Positions 1 through 11,274 of a stretch of 64,000 nt of DNA are shown here, piece by piece. The notes beneath the pieces are model-generated. The model worked only from the letters and a program-made list of their open reading frames with translations. It ran no database searches and was not told the origin of the DNA. The position numbers and the translations under genes are program-made. The stretch is from Promethearchaeota archaeon (lineage in GTDB: Archaea > Asgardarchaeota > Lokiarchaeia > Sigyniarchaeales > SOKP01), in contig JAGXNO010000003.1 in NCBI GenBank assembly GCA_019894975.1, positions 80,922 through 144,921 of the forward strand, read 5' to 3'. Position 1 is the stretch's first letter, and each line of letters opens with the position of its first letter.

Positions 1-1127
1 AACCCAATGTCTAAAGCTTTTCCTAATTCTTTAACACCCTTAGATGGAACAAGCGGTGATGCTAACACTACAAGGTTTGCTCTAAAATCTTTGAATTCCC
101 CCGTTTTAAGATCTTCATATCTTAAAATTAAATCATTAGTTTCAAGATCTTCTTCAATTGTACTTATCTTAGACTGAAAGTATTTTACCCCATATTCTTC
201 TTGGGCTCTTTGAATAAATTCATAAAAGTTTTTACCGTAAGCTCGTATATCGTGCCGAAATACATAACAATCTGAATTATCTGAATGTTCTTGAGTGATA
301 ATTGCTTGTTTTGCTGTATAAGTGCAACAAACGCTTGAACAAAAAGGTACATTTTCATGAAGATCTCGAGAACCCGCACACTGGACAAAAGCAATTACTT
401 CAGGTTCCTTACCATCACTTAATCGCTTTACATGACCCTCAAATGGTCCAGATGCACATAAAATCCTTTCATATTCAAGTGCACTTACAACATTCTCGAA
501 TCGATACCCCCATCTAGAGGATAACTCTTCAGCAGGCATTTCATATCCCGTTGCGACTACTACAGCACCAATATTAATTTCAAATTCTTCAGGTTTCTGT
601 TCAAAGTCTATTGCATCCGCAGTACAAACTTTTTTGCATACTTGACAGACTCCCTTCTTTAAATATAGACACATCTCTGAATCAATTAAGTAGATAGGAG
701 GTACTGCTTGAGGAAAAGGAATATACACTGATTTTATTTTCCCAATATTCATTTCAAAAGGATTTGGAGCTAAAATTTTTGGACATTTATTTGCACAATC
801 CCCACATCCCTTACATTTAGTTTCATCAACATATCGAGGTTTTTTCAAAATTTTTGCTGTAAAATCCCCTGGCTGGCCTTCAAGTTGAAGAACTTCATGA
901 TAAGTCATCAATTCAACATTAGGATTGCGAAAGACTTCAACCATTTTGGGAGCAAGGATACATAGTGAACAGTCCAAAGTAGGGAAAGTCTTATCTAATT
1001 GAGCCATCCTTCCTCCAATCGAAGGAGATTTTTCCACTAAATAGACTTTAAATCCTAGTTCTGTAAGATCAAGAGATATCTGAATTCCAGCTATTCCTCC
1101 TCCAATTACCAAAACTGAACCTTCCAT
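1..1127 (-). CDS. hdrA: HdrA-family FAD/Fe-S flavoprotein, 5' part (runs off the window edge)
   Basis: Manual translation from ATG 1127 gives MEGSVLVIGGGIAGIQISLDL..GGRMAQLDKTFPTLDCSLCILAPK..CKGCGDCANKCP. Close paralog of 4186..7266. The start overlaps the upstream stop (TAATG). Absent from the ORF track because it has no stop in the window. Confidence 0.93.
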   Translation of the reverse strand, partial: MEGSVLVIGGGIAGIQISLDLTELGFKVYLVEKSPSIGGRMAQLDKTFPTLDCSLCILAPKMVEVFRNPNVELMTYHEVLQLEGQPGDFTAKILKKPRYVDETKCKGCGDCANKCPKILAPNPFEMNIGKIKSVYIPFPQAVPPIYLIDSEMCLYLKKGVCQVCKKVCTADAIDFEQKPEEFEINIGAVVVATGYEMPAEELSSRWGYRFENVVSALEYERILCASGPFEGHVKRLSDGKEPEVIAFVQCAGSRDLHENVPFCSSVCCTYTAKQAIITQEHSDNSDCYVFRHDIRAYGKNFYEFIQRAQEEYGVKYFQSKISTIEEDLETNDLILRYEDLKTGEFKDFRANLVVLASPLVPSKGVKELGKALDIG

Positions 1128-2407
1128 TATTTTTCTACCTCCACCTTTTCCTTAGAATCCACAATACTTATTAGGTCTACTAAAAATTCCGAAAAATCAA
1201 CTATTTCTATTGAAGAGATATCTTCATAGTCATTTTGTAAACAAGATAAATGAATTTTACATTTTGGGCATGATGTGACCATTATATCTCCTGCATCTTT
1301 TGCTTCTAAGAGTCGCTTATATCGTAATGCTTTTGAGCGATCATTACAGTTCATCCAAGAGCTCACACCACAGCATAGTGCTTCAGTCTTATTATGTGCC
1401 ATTTCATTGAATTTATACCCCAGTTCTTTTAAATGTGAAAATATTTCACGTACATTATCTATAATATTACTCTCCTTAGGTAGAAACCTACTTAATCTGC
1501 ATGGATCATGATAAGTGAATGGAATTGCTTGTTCTTGCTCTTTTGGATTCTTAAATTCAATTTTGTTATCTTTCCATTTCTCATAAACATATTCGATTAA
1601 ATGTTTCACCACAAATTTTTCATTGAAATCTTCAAATATATCTTGATAGTCTACTTTAAATGTTCGATAACATTCAGCACAAGCAGTGACGATTGTTTTA
1701 GCTCCAGTTTGTTCTAATCTATGGATGTTTTTCTTTGCTAAATCAATGAAGGCATTAAGTTTTCCTTGTCCCCAATATAAATCATGCCCACAGCAAATTT
1801 CATCTTGAAGAACTGCAATTGGTTCATTTTCAATTTGACAAAGTATTTTTAACGTACTTTCTGCTATTGAGTCTGAGTTTTCGAACTCAAAATTAAAATA
1901 TGGTAAACACCCAACATAATATAAGATATTACCTTGATCTGAAATTTTGCATTCCTTTGGAACCCATTCAAGAGATCTCTCTGGTTTAATATGTGGTTCA
2001 CTCATGATTTCTGAAATAGTTGTATATACTCCTTTATGGGCTATATACTCATCAGGATTTTGTCCTTTAGAAGTTCTCATTTTATACTTTGCCATCCTTA
2101 CAATATCAGCAAAATTTATTCCTTCAGGACAGTTCTGGAGACATGCATTACATGTAAGACAATCCCATAAAATACCACTATCAATAATTTTTTCTTCAAA
2201 TCCTTCCAAGATCATTTGAATTATTCTACTTGGTTCAAAACTTTGAACTCGACTTAGTTGACATACACCACTACAACGAACACATTGGTAACATCTATAT
2301 AATAATTTTTTTATATCAGGTTCATAAATTTTTTCAAGATAATGTTTATTATTATCGCTAGATTTTTTTGAGTCGTCTACTTTCTTAATCTCAGTAATTA
2401 CATTCAC
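1127..2407 (-). CDS. HdrD/GlpC-like Fe-S oxidoreductase (two ferredoxin motifs plus two CCG domains)
   Basis: CYQCVRCSGVC and CLTCNACLQNCP. CCG domains YYVGC..EICCG..TACAEC and YHDPC..LCCG..TSCPKC. Confidence 0.9.
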   Translation of the reverse strand: MNVITEIKKVDDSKKSSDNNKHYLEKIYEPDIKKLLYRCYQCVRCSGVCQLSRVQSFEPSRIIQMILEGFEEKIIDSGILWDCLTCNACLQNCPEGINFADIVRMAKYKMRTSKGQNPDEYIAHKGVYTTISEIMSEPHIKPERSLEWVPKECKISDQGNILYYVGCLPYFNFEFENSDSIAESTLKILCQIENEPIAVLQDEICCGHDLYWGQGKLNAFIDLAKKNIHRLEQTGAKTIVTACAECYRTFKVDYQDIFEDFNEKFVVKHLIEYVYEKWKDNKIEFKNPKEQEQAIPFTYHDPCRLSRFLPKESNIIDNVREIFSHLKELGYKFNEMAHNKTEALCCGVSSWMNCNDRSKALRYKRLLEAKDAGDIMVTSCPKCKIHLSCLQNDYEDISSIEIVDFSEFLVDLISIVDSKEKVEVEK

Positions 2408-2645
2408 TTTTTTTAATTAATTTAGAACTTAATAATATGTAACTATAATGATTAGGGAAAAAAGGGAAACAATTTATTTTTTCTGATTAGTTTTCATAAT
2501 TCCACTAAGTCTTAATTGAAAAGGAAATAAAAAATGAAAATACCATGTTCTTTTCTATTTCTATATTAGAGTAATTATGGATTTTCTTCAATTTTATTAA
2601 AAATTCAATAATATCTAATAAAAGAATATTTTGGTTGAATATTAT

Positions 2646-4151
2646 ATGAAAACAACAGAAATAATTGAAACTTCGGTTGGGAACATTAAAGGATATGAAG
2701 ATGGGGTTCTTAAGGTTTTTAAGGGGATTCCCTATGCAGAACGGCCTATTGGAGAATTGAGATTTAAGCCGCCCGTTCCACGAAAAAAATGGTTTGGTGT
2801 TTTTGATGCTTTGGATTACAGCCCTATTTGTGTTCAAACATCGGACTTTCCGGGATTAATTTTACCACCTATACCACAAAGTGAAGCAGATTCTTTAACT
2901 CTGAATATCTGGACCCATGGTACTGACAATAAAAAAAGGCCCGTAATGGTAAGAATTCATGGGGGTGGTTTGACAACAGGAAGTGGGAGATTGCCTAATG
3001 GATTTAAATTAGCTCGGAGAGGAGAAGTCGTAGTAGTTACAATCAATTATCGTTTAGGTGCTTTAGGATTTAGTGAAATGCAAGGCATTGAAAGTAATAT
3101 TGGTATACTTGATCAGATAGAAGCCTTGAAATGGATTCAAAAGAATATTGAACTTTTTGGGGGTGATCCAAACTGTGTTACGATATTTGGTATCAGTGCG
3201 GGAGGTTGGTCTGTTTCAACATTGATGGCAATACCCGAAGCAAAAGGGCTTTTTAATCGAGTGATTGCGCAAAGCGGAGCAGTGCATCCTTTAAGTTTTC
3301 AAACCGAAAAAGGTGTGGATAGAACTAATAGGATACTAAAAACTCTTAAAATTAAGAAGGGAGATATCAAATCCTTACAAAGAATTACAGCATATGAGTT
3401 AGCAAAAACCTATACAAGTATTGCAAATGAGGATGGGTTAGCTCAAATTCCTTGGGTTCTAAATACGCCCCCCTATATAGATGGAAAATCTATTCCTGAG
3501 CATCCACTCAGGATGATAAAAAAGGGAGTTGCGTCCGATATTGATCTAATGGTAGGAAGCACATTAAATGAGTCTGTTTTATGGCGAATTCTAATAGGAG
3601 CATCTGAAAAACTGGATATAGATAAAGTAAAAAATAGAATTGTACAAGCAACAAAATATTTAGGTCTTGATGAAAAAAAAGGTTTGGAACTATTTGAAGT
3701 GTATAAAGGCAAGGGAGATCCTGAAGCAGTATTGAATGCTTTTTTTACTGATCTTGAATTTAGGATCTCTGCAATAAGATTAGCGGAAGAACAATCAGTA
3801 CATAACCAAAATACATACATGTATCTCTTCACTTACCTCCTTAAATTTCAAGGAAAAGAAGTTGGAGCTGTTCATGGTGGAGATGCAGGATTTATGTATG
3901 GAACCCTCGATTATCCAAATATCCTTGGTCAGATTGAAAATTCTGAAGAAGCTCAACTTTTAAGCGAAAAAATGATGGACAGCTGGATTGCTTTTGCAAA
4001 AACCGGAAATCCTAACCACGATGGAATTGAAGAATGGCAAAAATACGAAAAAAACAATAGAAAAACAATGATGTTAGGAATAGAAACAACTTCTGTCGAT
4101 GACCCATTGGCAAAACAACGTGTAGCCTGGTCCGACATCATGAAAATATAG
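2646..4151 (+). CDS. Type-B carboxylesterase (PnbA/cholinesterase-like alpha/beta hydrolase)
   Basis: FKGIPYA..LRF, IHGGG, NYRLG, nucleophile motif GISAG, His motif GAVHG. ATG 2646 preferred over TTG 2631. Confidence 0.92.
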   Translation: MKTTEIIETSVGNIKGYEDGVLKVFKGIPYAERPIGELRFKPPVPRKKWFGVFDALDYSPICVQTSDFPGLILPPIPQSEADSLTLNIWTHGTDNKKRPVMVRIHGGGLTTGSGRLPNGFKLARRGEVVVVTINYRLGALGFSEMQGIESNIGILDQIEALKWIQKNIELFGGDPNCVTIFGISAGGWSVSTLMAIPEAKGLFNRVIAQSGAVHPLSFQTEKGVDRTNRILKTLKIKKGDIKSLQRITAYELAKTYTSIANEDGLAQIPWVLNTPPYIDGKSIPEHPLRMIKKGVASDIDLMVGSTLNESVLWRILIGASEKLDIDKVKNRIVQATKYLGLDEKKGLELFEVYKGKGDPEAVLNAFFTDLEFRISAIRLAEEQSVHNQNTYMYLFTYLLKFQGKEVGAVHGGDAGFMYGTLDYPNILGQIENSEEAQLLSEKMMDSWIAFAKTGNPNHDGIEEWQKYEKNNRKTMMLGIETTSVDDPLAKQRVAWSDIMKI

Positions 4152-4185
4152 AATCTTAGAAATTTTCGAAACATCTTTTTTTTAT

Positions 4186-7100
4186 TTATATTATAAGTGC
4201 CTTTATAGAAGCCTCAATTTGCTCAAAATCGTAATGCTTAATTGAGATTGCCCCCACAGGACAGCTTACCGCGCAAGTTCCACATCCTTTACAGAGACTT
4301 GAATTGACAGAAGACTTTTTTATAGGAAGACTTACCTCTTCAAATTCTTTAAGGCTATCTATTATTTCTATTGCATTGTAAGCACATGTCTCCTCGCAAG
4401 TCCCACACCCAATACACATATCTTGATTTACTTCAGCAATTAATCCTGACGATGTAATCTCTCCCGCACTTAAAAATCTACTTGCTCTTCCCGCAGCACC
4501 ATTTGCTTGCGATATTGAATCCTGTATATTTTTTGGCCACTGAGCACATCCACATAAGAATATTCCCTCAGTAGCAAAATCTAATGGTCTTAATTTTACA
4601 TGTGCTTCTAGAAAAAAACCATTTTTATCTAAAGGAACCTTGAGCATTTTTGCTAACCCATCTAAATTGTCAGCGGGAACCATAGGAGTCGATAGAACTA
4701 ATAAATCTGTGTTAAATTTGATATCATCTTGTAAATTAGTATCAAAAACTTTAATTTCAAACTTACTTGTTCCTTCATCTATCTCTTTAATCACCGGTGG
4801 ACTCTCTAAATCATATCTCAAAAAAATAGCATCTTTTCTTCGCTCACGGTAATATCTTTCAAATTCTTTTTTTGCCATTTGAAGATCTCGATAGAGAACG
4901 ATTAATTTGAGGTCCTGCTTTAGCTCTTTTAGGATGTTAATATTTTTTATAGCACTTTCGCAACAAATATTTGAGCAATATGTTATTCCGCTCTCCTGCC
5001 TAGCATTAACGCATAATAACGTTGTAATATGATTCAGATTATCAAGCCATGAATTATCCTCATCTTTAAATTTCTGTTCGAGTTGCAGTTGTGTAATTAC
5101 ATTATGGTTCGTATACTTATAGTCAAAAAATTCATTAGGTGTTAATTCTTGGCCGCCAGTAGCAACAATAATAGTACCAATTTTTAATTCATGAACATTT
5201 TTATCTGAATCGAGCAATGCAACATCATAATTACCAATATATCCCGTAATATCTTTAAATTCAGAATTTAAAAAGATTTGAATGTTTTTATTATTCTTAA
5301 CTTTTTCTATGGTTTCGTTTAATAAGATTGAAGCATCTTCTTGAGTGGGAAATAACATATTTAGGTGCCTTAGATTTCCACCTAGGTTTTTCTCCTTTTC
5401 TATAAGATAAGTATTAAATCCTTGATTAGCAATGTTCAAAGCAGCCGTCATTCCAGATATCCCTCCACCAATTACCATTGTAGTTTGAGTGATTTTCAAT
5501 TTCTTTTCTTCTTGTGGTCTTAACAACCTTGATTTAGCAATACCCATTCTTATTAAATCAATTGCCTTTTCAGTAGCAAGCTCTTTTTCTGTCATATGTA
5601 CCCATGAACATTGATCACGGATATTTACCATATCAAATAAGTATTTATTTAATCCCGCTTCTTGACAGGTTTCTTGGAATAATGACTCGTGTGTTCTTGG
5701 TGTACATGATGCTACAATAAATCTATTTAAATCAAATTCACTTATTACTTCCTTTATTCGCTCTTGAGAATCTGAGCTACAAGAATATAGATTGTCTTCA
5801 CAGAAGGCTACATTAGGTAACGTTTTTATTTGTTCAATAACTTGAGGGATATCAACATATTTCCCTATATTAATTCCACAATGACAGATTAATACTCCAA
5901 TTCTTGGATCATCAGTATCTTTTACTATTTTTTCGGGTATTCCAATAATTTTCTCTTTTGTTTCAGTAAATTTAAAGGAATTAAGCAATGTAGCTATTTG
6001 TGAGGCAACTCCACTGGCATCAGCAACAGTTTCTGGTATATCCATTGGACCTTGACAAAAACCAGCCAAAAAAATTCCTTCTTTGGAAGACAGTGATTTA
6101 TTGAAGTATGATCTTTCCTTAAAGAAATTATAATCATCTAATTCGATATCTAAAACTTTAGAAAATTCTTTGGTCCCAGCCGAAGGAACTAGAGGTGAAG
6201 CTAGTACGACAAGATTTGCCTTAAAATCTTTAAATTCACCTGTTTTTAGATCCTCATAGTGAATGATTAAATCATTAGATTCTGGATCTTCTATTATTCT
6301 ACTAACCTTTGTCTGGAAATATTTTATACCATATTCTTCTTGAGCTCTCTGAGTAAACTCATAAAAATTTTTTCCATAAGCTCTAATATCATGTCTAAAT
6401 ACAAAACATTTTGAGTTTTCAGAGTGTTCTCGTGTTATAATCGCTTCTTTTGCAGTATACATGCAACATACACTGGAACAATAGGGGATTCCCTCACGTA
6501 AGTCTCTAGATCCCGCACATTGAATAAATGCGATTATTTCTGGTTCTTCCTCATCGCTAGGTCGTAAAATATGACCTCCAAATGGCCCAGAGGCAGACAG
6601 CATTCGTTCGTATTCCAAGGCATTTACCACATTTTTATACTTATAACCCCATCGTGAGCTTAATTCTTCCCCAAGTACATCATATCCCGTAGCAACAACA
6701 ATAGCTCCAACGTTTAATTTGATTTCTTGAGGTTTTTGTTCATAATCTATTGCTTCTACTTTACAAACCTTTTCACAAACTCCGCATACTCCCTTAGTTA
6801 GTTTTAAACATAGCTCAGAGTCAATTAAGTACACAGGAGGTACTGCTTGAGGAAATGGAATGTACACAGATTTTCTTTTACCAAGATTCATATCAAAGAT
6901 ATTAGGTGATTCAATCTTTGGACATTTGGTAGCACAATCACCACACCCTTTACATTTAGTCTCGTCAATATAACGAGGTTTCTTAAGGACTGTAACCACA
7001 AAATTCCCAGGCTTACCAGATACTTTTTGAACTTCATGATAGGTCATTAATTCAATATTAGGATTTCTAAATACCTCTACCATTTTAGGAGCTAAAATAC

Positions 7101-7266
7101 ATAGACTGCAATCATTTGTAGGAAAGGTTTTATCAAGTTGAGCCATCCTTCCTCCGATTGAAGGTGTTTTTTCTACTAAATAAACGTTAAATCCTAATTC
7201 AGATAAATCTAAAGATGTTTGTATCCCTGCAATCCCACCACCAATAACTAACACTGATCCTTCCAT
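4186..7266 (-). CDS. hdrA: Large (~1000 aa) HdrA-family protein with duplicated FAD-domain architecture
   Basis: Two GGGxxG FAD motifs, TFPTNDCSLC, YCSSVCC, internal GVLICHCGINI/VASCTPRTHE/IRDQCSW domain, C-terminal 2x[4Fe-4S]. Confidence 0.92.
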   Translation of the reverse strand: MEGSVLVIGGGIAGIQTSLDLSELGFNVYLVEKTPSIGGRMAQLDKTFPTNDCSLCILAPKMVEVFRNPNIELMTYHEVQKVSGKPGNFVVTVLKKPRYIDETKCKGCGDCATKCPKIESPNIFDMNLGKRKSVYIPFPQAVPPVYLIDSELCLKLTKGVCGVCEKVCKVEAIDYEQKPQEIKLNVGAIVVATGYDVLGEELSSRWGYKYKNVVNALEYERMLSASGPFGGHILRPSDEEEPEIIAFIQCAGSRDLREGIPYCSSVCCMYTAKEAIITREHSENSKCFVFRHDIRAYGKNFYEFTQRAQEEYGIKYFQTKVSRIIEDPESNDLIIHYEDLKTGEFKDFKANLVVLASPLVPSAGTKEFSKVLDIELDDYNFFKERSYFNKSLSSKEGIFLAGFCQGPMDIPETVADASGVASQIATLLNSFKFTETKEKIIGIPEKIVKDTDDPRIGVLICHCGINIGKYVDIPQVIEQIKTLPNVAFCEDNLYSCSSDSQERIKEVISEFDLNRFIVASCTPRTHESLFQETCQEAGLNKYLFDMVNIRDQCSWVHMTEKELATEKAIDLIRMGIAKSRLLRPQEEKKLKITQTTMVIGGGISGMTAALNIANQGFNTYLIEKEKNLGGNLRHLNMLFPTQEDASILLNETIEKVKNNKNIQIFLNSEFKDITGYIGNYDVALLDSDKNVHELKIGTIIVATGGQELTPNEFFDYKYTNHNVITQLQLEQKFKDEDNSWLDNLNHITTLLCVNARQESGITYCSNICCESAIKNINILKELKQDLKLIVLYRDLQMAKKEFERYYRERRKDAIFLRYDLESPPVIKEIDEGTSKFEIKVFDTNLQDDIKFNTDLLVLSTPMVPADNLDGLAKMLKVPLDKNGFFLEAHVKLRPLDFATEGIFLCGCAQWPKNIQDSISQANGAAGRASRFLSAGEITSSGLIAEVNQDMCIGCGTCEETCAYNAIEIIDSLKEFEEVSLPIKKSSVNSSLCKGCGTCAVSCPVGAISIKHYDFEQIEASIKALII

Positions 7267-7368
7267 TATTTAGCACTTCTAATTTTTTTTAATAAGGTTT
7301 AGTTTACAGAATCTTTTTTCCCGTTGAATAAAAAATAAGGATATGAAATTATATAAACATTTTTATAA

Positions 7369-7478
7369 TGAATGATCAGAATCTAACATTTTTTGCTTTG
7401 TGAATGATCAGTCCCAAATATTTGTCACTTTTATATTTTCGTAATCAACCATTCCGTTACTTTTGTATTTTCGTAATC
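7369..7478. repeat. Two pairs of short direct repeats upstream of hdrA
   Basis: TGAATGATCAG at 7369 and 7401; ACTTTT(A/G)TATTTTCGTAATC at 7427 and 7459. Each pair is 32 bp apart. Confidence 0.6.
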
Positions 7479-7782
7479 GTTTATTTTGTTTGTTAATGTT
7501 ATATTATTAGGAAGAATAGATCCAGATTGATAACTTATTTTGGGTTTTAAGATGGATTCAAGCATGATCACAATTCTTTCTTACCTATTATCTGCATTAT
7601 GTTTATTGGTGATAATAAAAAATGGATTAATGATCCATATCTCTCACACAAATCCAAATACTTATTAAGATTGATCAAAGATCAAAGATATAATAGAGAA
7701 AATACTATTCTTTGAAAAAAAATGATTTTAGAATAAAAATTTTTTTTGGAACTATTAATAAAAATTGAGATAAATTCTTTAT

Positions 7783-8214
7783 TTATTTTAGTTTTAAAGG
7801 TCCTTGTTCTTTTATTTGATTTGTAAATTCTGTAATTACCTCTGAAAATCTCTTCCCTTCAGAGGCACTAACCCATTCAAGTCTAAACCTTTTTTTAAGA
7901 TTAAATATTTTTAAAACATCCTGAAAACGTTCAAATCTATCTCGTGCAAACTCGTTACCTTTTAAGTAGTGACAATCTCCAATATGACACCCAGTTACAA
8001 TAACTCCATCAATGCCATCTTTAAATGCTTCTAAAATGAAGGCAGGATCTACTCTCCCAGAGCACATTACCCGTACTATCCTAATTGTAGCAGGGTATTG
8101 AAATCGTGAGACTCCCGCCAAATCTGCTCCCGCATAACTGCACCAATTGCAACAAAAACATAAAATTTTTGGGTGAAATTCCTTTTGACTTACTTTTTTT
8201 TTTGACTTAGACAT
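7783..8214 (-). CDS. mvhD: MvhD/FlpD [2Fe-2S] subunit, all-cysteine form
   Basis: CFCCNWCSYAGADLAG, RVMCSGRVD, GCHIGDCHY, WVSASEG. Confidence 0.95.
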   Translation of the reverse strand: MSKSKKKVSQKEFHPKILCFCCNWCSYAGADLAGVSRFQYPATIRIVRVMCSGRVDPAFILEAFKDGIDGVIVTGCHIGDCHYLKGNEFARDRFERFQDVLKIFNLKKRFRLEWVSASEGKRFSEVITEFTNQIKEQGPLKLK

Positions 8215-8238
8215 AAGTTACTACCTTAGAATTTAACT

Positions 8239-11200
8239 TTAGGTTAATAGTGCTGAAATCATTGCATTAATTTGCTCAAAACCAAAATGTTTGATTACTA
8301 TTGTGGAATTAGGACATTGAGCCCCACAAGTACCACAACCTTTACAGAGTGCAGGATTAATATGAGATTTCTTTGTAGCCATTGTAAAATCTTCAAACAC
8401 TCGTTCTTTCTCTATTAGTTCAATCGCGTTGAATTGGCAGACATCTTGACAATTTCCACAACCAATACAATTTTCTTCTATTACAGTCGCTACAAGCCCT
8501 GATGTTACAATTTTTTCAGCACTTAATATTTTTACTGCTTGAGCAGCAGCTCCATTGGATTGTGCTATTGACTCTCGAAGATCTTTAGGTGAATGAGCAC
8601 ATCCACATAGGTATATTCCATCGGTTGCGAAATCTATTGGTCTCAACTTAACGTGAGCTTCTAAAAAGAATTTATCCTCGTTTAACGGAACTTTTAACAT
8701 TTTCGCTAATTCTTCGTTTTCTTTGATTGGTGCTTCTAATCCTGTACTTAAAACGATTAGATCTGGATTTATTATAAGTTCTCCTAAATCAGGATTATTT
8801 ACTCTTAAATTTAATTGTTTGTTTTTTAAATTTAATTCTGGGGGATTGGTTTTATCAAATCTGATAAAAATAATGTTATTATCTCGCGCTTGGTTATAAT
8901 ATTTTTCTTTAAAGCCATAGGTTCTAATATCGCGATATAAGACCACTATTTCTATATTAGGATTAATTTCTTTTGCTTTTAACGCATTTTTTATGGCTTC
9001 TGAACAACAGATTCTACTACAATATGAGTGTTCTTCATTTCTGGACCCAACACATTGAATCATAACTATAGATTTTAATCCTTTTATCTTATCTGTAGTA
9101 AAAAGATCTTTTTCAAAGTTAGTTTGAGTTATAATTCTTTTATCTTGCCCAAATTTATATTCTTTTGGTTGATATTCTTTTGCTCCAGTAGCTACAATAA
9201 TTATGCCATGATCAAGATCAATGCTTTTCTTAATACTCCCATGGCTAATGTTTGTGGAAAAATTTCCAATATATCCTGAGATTGAATTAATTCTGGCTTC
9301 TTTAAATACATGGATAAGTTGATTACTTTCTACATTTTTAATCAAATTCCTAAGATAATCTTGAATATCATCATTTTCAAGTGTTTTATAAAGATTATTT
9401 GCAATCCCCCCTAAAGAATCTTCTTTTTCAATTAAAAATATCTCAAAACCTTGAGAGGCAAGGTTTAATGCTGCAGTGATTCCAGATACACCCCCACCTA
9501 TAATTAATCCCTTATCTATCACAGCTATTTCTTGTTCTTGTAATGGTATTAATTGACTAGCCTTTGCTACTGACATCCTTAGTAAGTCTTTCGATTTTGC
9601 TGTTGCTTTTTCTGGTTCATGCATATGAACCCATGAGCATTGATCACGGATATTAACCATTTCAAAAAGATATTTATTCAAACCAACCTCTCTTATAGTT
9701 GCTTGAAATAAAGATTCATGAGTTCTTGGGGTACATGAGGCAACTATTACTCTATTAAGTTGGTTCTTTTCTATTTTTTCTTTAATATTAGTTTGAGTAT
9801 CTGCTGAACATGTATACAAATTATGCTCTGCATAAACGACATCGGGCAGTGTCTTAACATATTCTACAACACTAGGAACATCAACTACACCCCCGATGTT
9901 TATCCCACAGTGACATATAAATACACCTATTCGGGGTGGAAGACTACTTACGTCTAATTCATTGGGAAGTTCTTTCTTTGAGATTAATTTATTTCTTGCT
10001 TCTGATAATAGAACATTGACACGTCCTGCAGCAGCACTAGCTTCAATAACAGTTTCTGGAATATCTTTAGGTGCTGCAAATGCACCACATACATAAATTC
10101 CCGGTTTAGAGGTCTCTACGGGAGAAAAAGTTTCAGTTTTACAAAATCCATAATCATTTAATTCAAAATTTAATACTTGTGCTAATTCTTTTGCTTTTTG
10201 ATTTGGTTGCATTCCAACAGAAAGAACAACTAAGTTAAAAATTTCTTCCACAATTTTTCCATTTTCATTTTCATAATAGACTCTTAAATCTTTAGAGTTA
10301 GGGTTTTCTTTTATGTAAGAAATTCTACGTCTGATGTATCTTACTCCATATTCATCTCTCGCTCTCTCAATATACTTATCAAAGTCTTTACCGTACGCTC
10401 TGATATCCATCGTAAAAATGGTTGGTTTTATAATTTCCATATGTTCTTTCGCGATTACAGCTTCTTTTGTAGTGTACATACAGCATACTGAAGAACAGTA
10501 TTCAATACCTTTACTTCTATCCCTTGAACCAATACAATGTAAAAATGCTATTTTTTTAGGAATAGTTCCGTCAGAAGGTCGAATTATTAAACCGGAATGC
10601 GGTCCACTTGCACTAAGAATACGTTCAAATTCAATACTGGTAATCACATTAAGATATTTACCATAACCATATTGTGTCAGAGGAGTGGGATCATATTCAT
10701 CAAATCCAGTTGCTACTACTACAGCACCCACATTAAGAGATATCTCTTTATCTTGAATTTCATAGTCTATAGCTTTTGCTTTACATATCCCTTTGCACAT
10801 TCCACAGCCAATGCATTTTTCTTTATTTATTGAAAACACTAATGGAACCGCCTGTGGAAATTTTACAGATATTGCAGCTTTATTAGAAAGCTTTTCATTA
10901 AAAAAATCAATAGCTTCAATAGGGCATTCCTGAGCGCATAAACCACATCCAGTACATTTGCTTTGATCCAAACGAAGCGTCCCTTGAGTTAATTCAACAT
11001 TAAAATTACCAGGTTCACCATCAATTTTTTCGATTGAAGTGTTAATTAAAATATCGATATTTTCATGTCGACCAGTTTCTACTAATTTCGGGGCCAGAAT
11101 ACATATTGCACAGTCATTAGTTGGAAATGTTTTATCCAATTGAGACATAACCCCCCCAATACTGGTAGTGGATTCTGCGAGGTAAACTTTATATCCAGAA

Positions 11201-11274
11201 TCTGCTAGATCTATAGAGGTTTGAATACCTGCAATTCCACCACCAATAACTAAAACAGCTCCAACTTTTTCCAT
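8239..11274 (-). CDS. hdrA: Large (~1000 aa) HdrA-family protein
   Basis: Same architecture as 4186..7266: TFPTNDCAIC, YCSSVCC, GVFICHCGINI, VASCTPRTHE, YCSRICC, C-terminal ferredoxin. Confidence 0.92.
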   Translation of the reverse strand: MEKVGAVLVIGGGIAGIQTSIDLADSGYKVYLAESTTSIGGVMSQLDKTFPTNDCAICILAPKLVETGRHENIDILINTSIEKIDGEPGNFNVELTQGTLRLDQSKCTGCGLCAQECPIEAIDFFNEKLSNKAAISVKFPQAVPLVFSINKEKCIGCGMCKGICKAKAIDYEIQDKEISLNVGAVVVATGFDEYDPTPLTQYGYGKYLNVITSIEFERILSASGPHSGLIIRPSDGTIPKKIAFLHCIGSRDRSKGIEYCSSVCCMYTTKEAVIAKEHMEIIKPTIFTMDIRAYGKDFDKYIERARDEYGVRYIRRRISYIKENPNSKDLRVYYENENGKIVEEIFNLVVLSVGMQPNQKAKELAQVLNFELNDYGFCKTETFSPVETSKPGIYVCGAFAAPKDIPETVIEASAAAGRVNVLLSEARNKLISKKELPNELDVSSLPPRIGVFICHCGINIGGVVDVPSVVEYVKTLPDVVYAEHNLYTCSADTQTNIKEKIEKNQLNRVIVASCTPRTHESLFQATIREVGLNKYLFEMVNIRDQCSWVHMHEPEKATAKSKDLLRMSVAKASQLIPLQEQEIAVIDKGLIIGGGVSGITAALNLASQGFEIFLIEKEDSLGGIANNLYKTLENDDIQDYLRNLIKNVESNQLIHVFKEARINSISGYIGNFSTNISHGSIKKSIDLDHGIIIVATGAKEYQPKEYKFGQDKRIITQTNFEKDLFTTDKIKGLKSIVMIQCVGSRNEEHSYCSRICCSEAIKNALKAKEINPNIEIVVLYRDIRTYGFKEKYYNQARDNNIIFIRFDKTNPPELNLKNKQLNLRVNNPDLGELIINPDLIVLSTGLEAPIKENEELAKMLKVPLNEDKFFLEAHVKLRPIDFATDGIYLCGCAHSPKDLRESIAQSNGAAAQAVKILSAEKIVTSGLVATVIEENCIGCGNCQDVCQFNAIELIEKERVFEDFTMATKKSHINPALCKGCGTCGAQCPNSTIVIKHFGFEQINAMISALLT

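Noticed and set aside
7369-7478. CRISPR array
   Set aside because: Only two copies each of two different short repeats, no repeat-spacer series, and no cas genes.
7552-7668. 38-aa hydrophobic ORF (MDSSMITILSY..) on the + strand
   Set aside because: No SD-like motif, and hydrophobic ORFs arise easily in AT-rich DNA.
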